Positions 41,295-53,183 of a DNA stretch of 64,000 nt are shown in pieces. The notes beneath the pieces are model-generated. The model had not been told where the DNA came from, made no database searches, and saw only the letters and a list, made by a program, of their open reading frames with translations. Position 1 is the stretch's first letter, and each line of letters begins with the position of its first letter. This DNA is from Macrostomum lignano (Eukaryota): NCBI GenBank assembly GCA_002269645.1, contig NIVC01001089.1, positions 372,001 through 436,000 on the forward strand. The letters are read 5' to 3'. A program made the translations under genes and the position numbers.

Positions 41295-43482
41295 TAGGCA
41301 TGGGGGCAGTTCGGGTAGCTGTGTTGCAAGGGCACGCAGTTAACCTTATTGACCTACCTATTTATTATTTCAAATATTTCAAATGTAGATAAAATATATA
41401 CTTAGTGAAGCTTAAATATTAAATATTTCACTGTAAAGTGAGTTAAAAATAGCACTATTTGGTTTGCTTTTATAACAAAAAATACCCATTTAAAAGTTTA
41501 ACAGTTTAGATTAATATATCTAATCTAATCTAATTTATATAAGCAAATTCAATCATATATACATTTATAAGGTTGATATATTTGGACATATATACATTAA
41601 CAAATTATACCAATATAGCATTTTGCTATCCATTTGAGCTAACACACATTGAATTTAATCCCAGATATGCTTGCCATATGTAACGGAGCTTTTGTCTTAT
41701 GGTGGTCAGGCTGGCACAGTGGTATTTAACTTGGTCCAACAAATTTCCTTCAAAGATATAGTTAAAAGCTAAAGCTAAAAGTACAACAAGGGTTAAAGGG
41801 TAGAGTTACACCAAGTCAAGCCCACTAGTTCAACCATAGACAACTTTTGCAATAGAAAGAAAAAGAGCAGAAGCATCAGAAAAGAACAAAGGCATAAACA
41901 CTAAAAGGCAAAAGCAAAAGAATCAGAAGCAGAGTTGACAACAAAAGAAACAGCACTGACACTAACAGATAATTAAATAATTGTTAAATAAGTGTTTAAT
42001 AATTATCTATTCAGTGATGCATGTTATTCTGATTTTGCAGTCAGTCTGTGGATCAATTTTCCTACTTTTTGGGATACCCCTTGTACTTTATATTTTTTAT
42101 AGAAAATAAAACAAATTTTATTTGGATCCATGATATAATACAATGTGATATATAATAAACTATTTTCTAATTCTAAGAACTAACCAATTTTTTGTATTAA
42201 AAAAAGAAAAATGATAGCTTTTAAGTCCATAGAATTAGGGACTCAAGCAACAAAGGCAGAAATATTTGACACTATATGCACACTTGGTTGAAATTGAAAA
42301 AGTAAGGTTAAGGTAAAGAAAATCATTTCAATTTCAATACAAAGGAAACTCTTAAGTCTCTAGGGTCAGGGACTCAAAAAACATTTTTGACACTATATCC
42401 ACATTGTGATTGGGATGGTAGAGGGCTTAAATTAAGATAAATGAAGCCAATGGGAAGCTATCTAACATTTGCCACTATCAAAATAGGCTAGAATTGCCAC
42501 TAGACTGCAGGAGAAGCTTCTTAGAAACCAACTGATAATATAAGCCATTGTCTTCATAGACATTCATAAGAATTATAGATTTTTTTATTTAATTACTTAA
42601 AAATATAAAAAAATATATTAGGAGAGAAAAGAAGAGATCAAGAGAAAGGAAAGAAAAAAGAAAAGATAAAAGAAAAACAAAAAAGAGGGGAGAGGAGAAG
42701 AGAAAAGAGAGAAAAGGGGGCAGAGAAAAGAGGGGAAGAGGAAAGGAAAAAGATAAGAAAGAAGAAAAGAGAAAATAGTCAAAAAGGCGATTAAGTTGAC
42801 AATAACAACAACAACAACAGTATACTTCTTTTGCTAGCCATGCAATGGCTAAACAGGAGAGAGAAAACAAAGAGAATAAGCCATAGACTTTAAAAAGTCA
42901 TACCCCTGCTTTGGTCTAGACTTTAAAGTACTAGTATTAGTCAAAAGCTAGTCAGGGTATACCTATCTTACCATTTACCTTGCCAATATGGTCTTTGCAG
43001 CTTAAGAAATAGCTTCATATAGCAGCTAAGGTTAGATGGCTTCTAATTAGATAGCATAGTAGATTAAAAGGCTATATCAGGTTTGCCTTTATATAGAGTG
43101 CAATATTGGTCTTGTTGTCTAAACCCTATTGTAGCTAAGGTAGAGCCTACTAGATACTATCCTTTCCTGCACCAAACTGCACTATTGTGCTTAACTATAC
43201 TTGCACTATTGAAGGCCAATCCATATTAGACATTTTCTATAATAATGGCCATTAATTACAATAAGATACCTAGACTAATCAGGATTGTTTACCATATACC
43301 AATGTAATTCATAAGATCTTAAGTTTAAGCTACTAGAAAGAATTCCAAATTGAATTGAATTTTACATGGAATCTTGCATTGAATTAAGCATTAGGCTCAA
43401 AAAATCAATTAAAAATTTAAAAAAATATAGGCTTAAAATAGCCCTTACTTTCTTTTGAATATTAGGGTCATTCTACAGATGC

Positions 43483-44610
43483 AACCCATTTTGGCAAAGG
43501 AATTTTCAGCAAAAATGCTTTGGTGAAATGAATTTTGAGTTTAAAATTAAATATTTCAGTGAAAAAAGTGACTAGTTTGGCAAAAAGTTGGGCTTTATAT
43601 GCAAATAAACCATTTTGATAATTGAAGCATTTAGTTTATTTAAATTGTTTATTGCTACAATTTATTTGCAGTTAAAAAATTAAAAACTAATGACTTAGCT
43701 TGTAGCCCATAGTCTGGATCATGCTAAGTGCATGCCCAAACAAAAATTGAATAATTACGAATGCATGCCAAAAAAAATTAGAGTATGCCCATTCTCAAAA
43801 ATATGCTAGTCTTGCAACATAAAACAAAAACTGCTTTTTTACATTGTGACAATAAATTACCTTTTTTAAATTATATAAAAGACCCTTATTAACAAATAAT
43901 TTGGTTGATTTTTATGCTATTTTGGCAAAACTATTTACAATAGAAAATTGATACATGCAAAAAATTGTTTAAATGCTTTTTATGAGCTTAAAAAACTAGA
44001 AAGCTTCAAATTTATACTTAAATATCAGCTTTTTTTGATTTTTTAATTCACAATAACTCTTATATATAATTCTATAAAGTGCATGTCAGGTGTGCACACA
44101 TACTATTTTTTCAAGAATGATACATACCAACTGTGCATGCCTAATTTTGGCATGCAAAGCCAATGCACGCCCAAATTTTCAGGCATACACCAGGCTTACA
44201 TGATCCAAAGTGTGGCTTATAGCTATGTTATATACATGGAATCTATTGATATGCAGTTGATGGATTAGGGATAATGATGATATGGTTTTTTAGATTTTTA
44301 GTTCCTAAAATTGTATTTTGAAATCCTACCATAATGGAACAGAAACTAACAAAACAACTAAACTAAATTAAATTGTGACAAAACAAAAACAAAAAATCAC
44401 AATAGGCCTGGGGCCTAAAATTAGTCTTTAAATAAAGTTAGTCATTCTTTTTTTAACTTTTGTCTAAAACAACAAAAACTCTTCAGCAAAGCTTGGAACA
44501 TATCTTTTGCCAAAATGGTCAGCTTTAAACGAAACGGTCATTGTAAAAGTACTTTTTGCCATAAATTCTATAATTGACTTCTGCTGAAAATTCTTTTGCC
44601 AAAGAGGGTT
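43483..44610. mobile_element. Degenerate MITE-like element with imperfect terminal inverted repeats
   Basis: Left AACCCATTTTGGCAAAGGAATTTTCAGCA versus right TGCTGAAAATTCTTTTGCCAAAGAGGGTT; TTTTGCCAAA/TTTGGCAAAA motifs recur subterminally. Confidence 0.55.
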
Positions 44611-46059
44611 AAAACCAATTCTACGATAGGATCTCAATGTTTTTTAACTTAAAGCACTTGTAACTTTTAGACCATACTATACTAGATAGAACAAAGCTGC
44701 AAAAAGCAAGCTGTGTCAAACTTTTACTAGGCCTAGGCCTAGCTCAATATTTTTCACTATTATTAAAAAATGACCATTATATTAGCATAGTTAATGCTCT
44801 GCTATAGCTATATGTGTTCAGTTGTTTTAGAATTCATAAGCAGCTATGTGAAAAATATAGGCCTAGAACTAGAGTATAATTATAATACAAACATTCGTGC
44901 AATATACATATTAGAATGCAAATTTACATTTTGCTAAGCTAAGATGAGATTTCTATTATTATAAATTAGGCCTATATAAAAATAAAATATATGATGTTAG
45001 CCATATAAAGCACTACTACACTACAGTCAATAGTAGTGTAGTATGATGTGCTAGCAACATTACTGGTTTTAGGCTGCATTCTATGATTCTACTTTCTTTG
45101 CTTTGCCATTGGCCTACCTAGCCATAGGTTAGGTAAGGACCGTAAGGTAGGCCTAAGGTAGGCCTAGTTAGCAGTCACGATCATGGCACGCCTGCGCCGG
45201 AACAAATCCTATTAAAAGTTTGCTTGCGACGTGCGCCGGAACTATTTCTATTAAATAAGTTTGCTTGCACAGTGTGGCGGAACTTTTTTGTAAAAAAACA
45301 AGAATAATGTGTGTATTATTATTTTTCTGTTTGTAAAATACCGGGTAAAACTTGTATTTGAATTCGTTTCATAGAAGTTACAATGTTAAAATATTTTAAC
45401 TAAAAAAGCCGTCAATACACCGGAAAAGGCGAATTTTCTGTCTGCGAAAATATCGTCGCGCTGAAAGTTTTAGTCTTGTGCCGTACTGCGCTGGATTCCC
45501 CCGGTTCAGTTAAGGATGAATAACTTTTTAGTGTAGGAATTCTATCGTCTTTGAGAAGGACAGAATTTTACATAAAATTTAGCAGTAGTTGTGCTGAAAG
45601 TATTTTTCGACGATTTCTCAGCTTCGATAAATTAATTAATCAAAAATTCAATCCTAAAATTTCACTACGCTTAGCAATTTGCATACTATAAGTGACTATG
45701 AAATGAGTAAGATCGCTTCGTTCGAGAAGAATTCCGGCTCATACCGCCTTAGTTTTTAAATGTGATTATTTTGAATGAAAAATTCATTTACCACGGATCG
45801 CGTCGACACGGGCAAGGGGGCGATCCGATTTACTAACGAGGAAAGCTTAATCTCTTGGAAAAATGCACTTTAAAATGCAGTAAAGCAAAGAATTGACTTG
45901 ACTGATTTGTCAGACCGATTTTTCTCAATTAACAAATTAATAATGTTCCAGGTTTGCAAGCAAGATTGCAGCAATTCAATCGGACATCGTGCTGCACTGT
46001 GGTGGGCAAAGTTCAGCTAAATTACTGCCACTACCCTACTGACTGATCGAGACAGGCGC

Positions 46060-49000
46060 ATCGTATCCTCGTCCAGTTAATTTCGACTGGGTAGTATGGT
46101 ACGGTGGCTTTGTGCCGCCTGCAGAGAGGCTTTTGTTCATGGCTCTTGGGAACCTGCTTCGTTGGCCTGCTTCTTCAGGGAGTTCTTAACAGTTTGCACT
46201 GCTCGCTCGAAACTGGCAAAGCAGGGCCCATTGTCTGAGACGATGGCCTCCGGTAGGCCATGAGTGCTGAAGCTCTGTCGCAGCTTTCCTATGCACTGTT
46301 GCGAAAGTCGTCGTCGCTTTCGTCACGTACAAATTGAGCCACTTCAAGTAGGATTCGACCACCACCAGCAGCATCCGACCTTGGACAAGACCGCGGCGAA
46401 ATCGATGTGGATTTTCAACCAAGGCCTGGTCGGTAGCGGCCCTGGCTGCAGCGGAGCTTCTGGTCCGGCTCGCTGGTGCTTCTGGCAGTCCGGGAAGCTC
46501 GCTGCCTTTAATGTCACGATTCATGCCACGCCACCATATGTAGCTTCTGGGAAGCGACTTCATCCGGGATGGTCCAGGGTGTCCGACATGCAGGCAGTCG
46601 AGCAAGCGGCTTTGGCTGACTTCAGGAATGACGACACGACTACCCCAAAGAACGGAGCCGTCTTGAACTGACAATTCCTGGTGCCGCTTCCCAAACGGCA
46701 CCAGATCAGATATCCAGGAATCTTGGTCGGGCCAGGCCAAGAGAAAGTGACGAATTACACTTGACAATGTAGAGTCGCGGCGTGACCAGGTACGCACGTC
46801 CGATGAAGTCACCGGCCCTGCGTCCGGAGGCACCGGAACTTCCTTAGGGCCCGCTAATGCAGGAAGGCGGCTTGAAGCGTCTTCTCGGAGCATAAAAACA
46901 CCGCTGCGATGTACAAGACGGTACCGGTACGCGATCAGTAGCAACGCCCATCTTTGGACTCGGCCGAAAGCTAGGGCTGGAAGCGGTCGCTCTTGTCCTA
47001 GAAGGCCGGTGGTCGGTCAACAGGTTAAACCAAACAGAATAACCAGAATACGGACCAAACAGAATACGGAATTTTTTGATACCTAAAACCATTGCCAAGG
47101 CCTCCTTCTCCAGCTGGCAGTAATTTTTCTCTGGTGAGCTGAGACTGCGCAAAGCGTACGCGATCGGCTTGTCCATGCCGTCCCGACGATGGAAAATAAT
47201 GGCACCAAGTCCGTACTGTAATGCGTCGCCACTCCAGGTAGAGCTCTTCTGCAGCGTAGTGACCTACAAGGACGCTGGGGTGCTTGAGCAGCTGCTAATT
47301 GCCGCACTGAACGCATCCAGCTCGCTGCGATCCCAATGCCACCTTGAGTTCTTCTCCAACAGCCTGTGCAGCGGGACCAGGACACTAGAAAGATAGGACA
47401 AAAACTTACGGTAGTAATTTGATGAGGTCCAAGAAGCTAATCAGTTGAGTCATGTTAGTCGGTGCAGGCGCGTCCTTATCGTCCAGCGGCGTGCAACCCT
47501 TCGGCGTCGATGCAGTGGCCTAGATACGTGACTTCGTCCTTGGAAAAGGTGCACTTCTCAAGTTGCACGTCAACCCGGACTCCTTGAAGAGGTGACTATG
47601 GTTGTTCTTCTCCTCTGATGATGACGTCATCGATTAAGGATGCAGAGTGCGGAATTCCTCGCAGTAAGCTGTCCATCACCCGCTGAAACACACTGGGGGC
47701 GATCGACACGCCGAAAGGTAGACGGGTGTAGCGAAGAAGTCCCAGCGAGGTGTTGATGGTACACAGCTCTTGAGCGTCCTCATCCAAGGGGAGGTTGTGA
47801 GAACGCCTGGCTCAGATCCAGCTTTAAAAACTTCTTCCCACCAACCAAGCGTGAAAACAGCTCGTCGATATTCGGCAGCGTGTAAGCCTCGGCGGATAGC
47901 TGCGTTGACCAACAGCTTGAAATCAGCGCAGATTGCCGTCGGATTTCGTTTCCGACACGATCGGGACTCCCAGTCGGAATTCACCAGGACTCCTTGGTCG
48001 ATTTCCTTCTGCAGCTGCTGCTTAACTTCTGCGTAGCGCAAACGGCACCGGCAGCGCCTTGAAGAACCTTGGCCTGACGTTCTCCTTAAAGATTTGATGG
48101 ACACCGGCTTGCAGACCTCGAGAACTTCTGAGAACTCCTGTACCAACACCTTGCTGCATCAGTTTTCCATCCGCTTGATAGATTGCCAGTCCAGCCGCAG
48201 GCGGCTGTTAGCCAGTCTCGACCAAGAGGCTCGGACCACAATCGGCGACAACCAGCAGCGGCAGCTGCTCCTCGGACGAACACTGCGAAACTCGCACGCG
48301 TACGAAGAGCTGACCGAGGACGCGGACGTTTTGACCGGTGTTACGTACTGAGCTAAACCGTTGACGCAGACAGCGACATCCAGCTTCCCAGGTTTTCCTT
48401 GAACGTCCGTTTTGATCTCAGCGATACGGACGCCTTGTATCCACCTCCATCTCGAATCGTTTAAGCGACCTCGGCGTGTGCTGGGCGGCTCGGCCGGCCT
48501 GAGCTGAGCTGGCCGTCTAAAATTTGCTGGTTAACCAGCTGTGCATTTGCTGCTGCTGTGTCCTCGCCATGCATGCCTTCGCGGTGCGCCCAATTTTTGC
48601 TGCAGTTGAAACAGCGTTTGTCCGCAAAGTGACATTTGGCTGCCGGATGGCGAGTCGACAAGCAGCGGAAACAGCGCCACCGGCCGACTGTTCCAGACTG
48701 ACGGCTGTCTCTTGCGACCGCTGTCGCTCTATTCGAAGCACGGCGTCGCTCTCTGTCGCTGCCGATGCCGATGTCGATGCCACAGGTTTAGCTGAGCCCA
48801 GAAATGACAGTTTTATGGCTGCTGACTCTCCCGCTTGCGTGTCTCTTTAGCCTTATTGAGGGTCAGCTTGGCCTCCATCAGGAGCCGGCGCTGGATTTGC
48901 TGATCCGCGATGCCGCACACCAGCCTGCTCGCGCAGCATGTCAGACAGGCTGCCGCCGTAGTTGCAGAACTCCACCAGCTTCCGCAGCTCCGCAAAGAAC

Positions 49001-49337
49001 TCTGCCACCGACTCTCCAGGGCGCTGAACTCGGTTATTGAAGTGGAACCTCTGAATGATCTCACTAGGCCTTGGGTTGAAATGAGCGCTCAGCAGCTCAC
49101 ATATTTCGGCGTAGGATTTGTCCGCGACTTTTGGCTGGAGAGCAGAGGCTTCTGGCCAACCGGAAGGTTTTTCTACCGCTGTGCCTCTGATGCTCTTTTT
49201 ACCTTCGTCGGAGATGTCCTGTGCCAGGAAATGCTGCTTCAGGCGCTCCTGGTACTCATCCCAGGTTTTCCCAGAGTCATGCGATATTTTCCGATTGCGT
49301 GGGTAGGCATTGCTCACCCACAATCATCGTCGCCACT
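46060..49337 (-). mobile_element. Decayed Gypsy LTR retrotransposon (Mag/K02A2.6-like): gag, protease, RT, RNase H and truncated integrase
   Basis: PBS-like TGGCGACGA at 49335-49327; gag HFNPRPSEIIQRFHF...QRPGESVAEF; CCHC knuckle CFNCSK; RT YTRLPFGVSIAPSVFQR...IDDV; RNase H PIAYALRSLSSPEKNY.QLEKEAL; integrase LHVGHPG..RMKSL.RSYIWW. Many frameshifts; no 3' LTR found. Confidence 0.93.
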
Positions 49338-50129
49338 GAGACAACTCTAGTTTTTTGAGTACGAAAAAAAATAAACTTGAGCTCTGTAGCTCACAAGCCA
49401 ATATTTGCATATTATGGTAAAAATGAACGTATGAAAGATTTATCAGCGCTATTAGACTTATAACACGTACACTACAGACACGTTTAAAAAGCACTGGGGT
49501 TTAAAAGAATTCACACACTAAAAGAAAATAAGTCACTACGCTCGATGAGAAATTGGTCAGTAAATCAATAAAAATAATACAGCGAGTATATTCAGTGTAC
49601 ACTCGCTGAGTCTCGAAATACGATATAACCTATAAGCTAGTGTGAGCATGTGTTTATTCAAAGAGACTGTACGTGACTTTAAATTAACTCATCATTTACA
49701 TGTAGTCACGAGTGGTACAGTCCTGGAATCTAATTCGTAAAAATTGTCTCCTCAGAGAGTAACTGGCATGAGCGTTCAGGCCTCACAATCGATAATCGGG
49801 GAGGGGGGGGCTTAAAGAAAACACTGTCCAAAATCAGCTAGGCCTACATGCAGCTTGTAGCTCCCGCAGCATTGGAGCCACACTTCCTTGGCAGCTCATT
49901 GGCGGAACATCGCGACAATGTAGGATCCTTCACTCCATGGCAACGCGAGGCCTAGCTACCTTCTGATCCCTGTAACCAAAAAGATGCTGGGAATTTTCTA
50001 TAAAGCATCCAACGGACAGAAGATCTCGAAGTGAAAATCCCATGAATCTGCAATCATCTCTTCTCTTCATCTCTTCGCAGAATCAAATTTTGATTCTGCA
50101 CAATCCATAGAAAACTGATCCACTCGGTC

Positions 50130-50909
50130 ATGGCATTGCTACTCTTGCCAACTGTAGCTGCCTTTCTGTTGATGCCTGCCTCTGTTGCGGCGACTTGTCC
50201 TGGCGGTTTGATTGAGGTCACCGACTCTGGAAAGTCTTGGTGTGTCAAGAATTACAACAAACACGTGACATTTTGCGAAGCGATTAAGACTTGTCACGAG
50301 AACGGCCAGGAGATGATCAGCAAGTCTGTGCATGACGCCATGGCGGCTACGAGCTTTTCTGGTGACAGATGGTGGGTCGGACTGGTCGATGCGCTGAACG
50401 AGAGAGACACTCAGGAAGACGGCTGGGTTTGGATCAAGGACGGCCAGGTCACGGATGGTAGTGGATCAGTTTTTCTAAGTGGCGAACCAAATAATCTTGG
50501 AAACAACCAAGACTGTGCGACAATAAAAAGTGACTCAATAAGAAAGCTGAGGGACGAGACTTGCAATGAGCTAAACAACGTTTTCTGCTACGAGGACGCC
50601 GCTGTGGCCAACCGAATCGCTACCAAAGCCACCACAGGTAAATTTGTTCGCACGGAAATCGTTGCGTACGATCAACCGGACCCGGGCTGCTGGATCAAGG
50701 AACCAAGGGCTAAAACTCACCTCCGCTGCTCCCAGGCCTGCCTTGCGTTCGAGTTTGAGGACTGCATCGGATACTACTGGCACCCGGTGAGGAGGCAGTG
50801 CGTCCTGCTGCCCTACTTCGATGCCAGCCTGCCGCTGAGTGGCTCCGACTTTTCTGCCAACAACCAAGAGAAGCTGCAGTGGATGAAGTACAAACGGATT
50901 CACGCGTGA
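50130..50909 (+). CDS. Secreted C-type lectin (EPN motif) with a C-terminal PAN/apple-like domain; intronless CDS
   Basis: Signal peptide MALLLLPTVAAFLLMPASVAA; CTLD WWVGL...GWVWIKDG...GEPNN...QDCA...DETCNELNNVFC; PAN-like RCSQACL...CIGYYW...QCVLL. Confidence 0.88.
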   Translation: MALLLLPTVAAFLLMPASVAATCPGGLIEVTDSGKSWCVKNYNKHVTFCEAIKTCHENGQEMISKSVHDAMAATSFSGDRWWVGLVDALNERDTQEDGWVWIKDGQVTDGSGSVFLSGEPNNLGNNQDCATIKSDSIRKLRDETCNELNNVFCYEDAAVANRIATKATTGKFVRTEIVAYDQPDPGCWIKEPRAKTHLRCSQACLAFEFEDCIGYYWHPVRRQCVLLPYFDASLPLSGSDFSANNQEKLQWMKYKRIHA

Positions 50910-53183
50910 ACCTCTTAACAATTCAAACAATTTTTAAGTTTCTCAAAGTAGCATTGAGACAAACAAAAACAACTCTGAAAATTTTTAATATTTGGTAACT
51001 TAACAGGTTCCCAAAACTATATACTGTTTTTAAATTTCTTAAAAAGTTTACTTCAAATTAATTTTTTTCAGTTTTTACGAGCTAATAAAACGAAGAATTC
51101 AATGAAATATTTGCTGTCTTACGACTTGAGCATCAAAACTTTGGTATTTTTTGCTTTCATTCTTTGTTTCTGATGGCATAAACTGGGGTCGCTACAGCTT
51201 GCTCGTAAAGCCATTACAGTAAATTTACAGACAAAATACAGTAACAGACTGCAGCAGAGAATTTTTGATCAAGTCAAGGGAATTGCAAGTTGCGAAGATT
51301 TCCGGACCGAGACTGGCCTGATGCCTTACTCAAGTCAGCTTGCTAACTACTGCACATCAACTTGGTGGTAGAGCGTCACCTGCAATCCAGAGTCGGAAAG
51401 AAGTTCAAGCTTCCTGCAAAGTTTTGTCTTTGCGATTTCGCGCTGCTTAGCGCCGCGGCTTCCAGTAAGAATGGCTGCTGGGGGAAATCAAACACAATGC
51501 CGGCGGAAACAATGGCAAACAATGGCTGTGTAGCTTGTCTATCGATTGGGTAGAAAAGAATGAAAGCTTTACCTGTAAATATAGAATGAATTCATGATCC
51601 GATTTTGACCAAAAACTTTTTTCTAGAAAAAAAATTAACCAGAGAACTTTTTTCTAGCAGTAGCTGGTGCGTGCTAATTTCGAAGGGTTGTCAAGTCAAC
51701 TTACTCCCGATATGGAAGCGATGTATCTTAGCGGCGCTTTCGCTGTCGGTTTCCTCTGTTGAACTGGCAATAAGTGTGGAATGAATTTTATTTTGTATTC
51801 TGTTCTGTAACATCAACGATACCTCCAGATTTCCCACAAAAGTGATACACAACGGCAGTGGACGCAACTGATCAAGTGTCTAGAGGATTTCCGAAAATTG
51901 AGTACGAAATTAGGTTCAAAATATTCAAGTACACGTGAATTGATTTCCAGCTACTGGCTTCTTAAGTTCATCGGAAAATGAACTGTTGGAGTAGTCCTTG
52001 AGGGCAGCTTGGAAATTGGTTCAGCAGGTTTGGAACTTGAAAGCCTTCATGGATCTACATGGCCGCGGGTATTTTTTTGGCACGCATCTATAAGATCTAT
52101 TTTCGTATTGCTGTGAGAGTTTGTGATTAGTTTGAAAATAATCCATTTGGATTTCTTGACAACGAACTCCGAAGGTTGCATGCCAGTTTAACCCAATACA
52201 CTGTATGTTTTCCAATGCCGAAAATGTAGCTGCAAAAACTTAATACTTACGTGCAAGGAACGAAGACCAAGAAGCCAGGAAGGAGAAAACCTCGAACAGT
52301 AACGAATCTCGGATCCTCATGTGCAGACTAATTGGGTTTAACTGTGAATATGACGAGCCTGGCAGCGCCAAAGCATCTTCACCGTCACACTCTCCAACCG
52401 CCTTAATAACTTAAAAAGACATAATAACTTTTATCATATATATTTGCGCGGCTAAACTAATTTGTACCAATGTACGCACAATCGCATTCTCGATAAATTG
52501 CCAGCTAGATAAACGTTAATATTTGATGACTGATGATAAAATTAGACCAATCTAAGGTGCCGAATTCTAGTCAAAGCATACGTCGAATGAAATACTCTTA
52601 CAGGTAGCTACTGCAACAAGACAGAGTAAAAAGTAGTACACGTGTACAGTTTATACGCAGATCTACATTCAACAATATTTGCAAACGCCGCATCAAATGA
52701 GAACCAATACGTACTACTCACATTAATATAGATGCAGCTACGCATAAGAATCTGCTCAATTTTTTTGATATGAGCTAATTTGATCGCTTCCAATTAGCTT
52801 GATACTGCTAAGTTTCTTAATAAACTACTTTTTATAGTAGTACGTATAGCGTGGACATATCGTGACATTCAATCAAATTATATTATGATTTATAGCTAGC
52901 TGTCTAAAAGTATTTAGCTCAACTAACGCAAAACTACACATGTACATAAGTAGCGAGGAATAACTCAATGGATGCGTAGACATTAATAATACATGTATAC
53001 ACAGACTATAGCTACTGTAGTCGATATTCGGTAAATCATGTCAGACACAGAATCAACAATTTTGCTTCTTCTTTCTCTGTACAGTCTGGGCAGGACTGTA
53101 TCCGACTTTGCTGGCTCTATGAGAAAAGAGGCCTCACAGTACAGACATCACCTGCATCTTCGCCGCCACCCCCATCACAGCCA

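Noticed and set aside
42589-42870. 93-aa hydrophobic ORF
   Set aside because: Antisense reading of a low-complexity purine-rich tract
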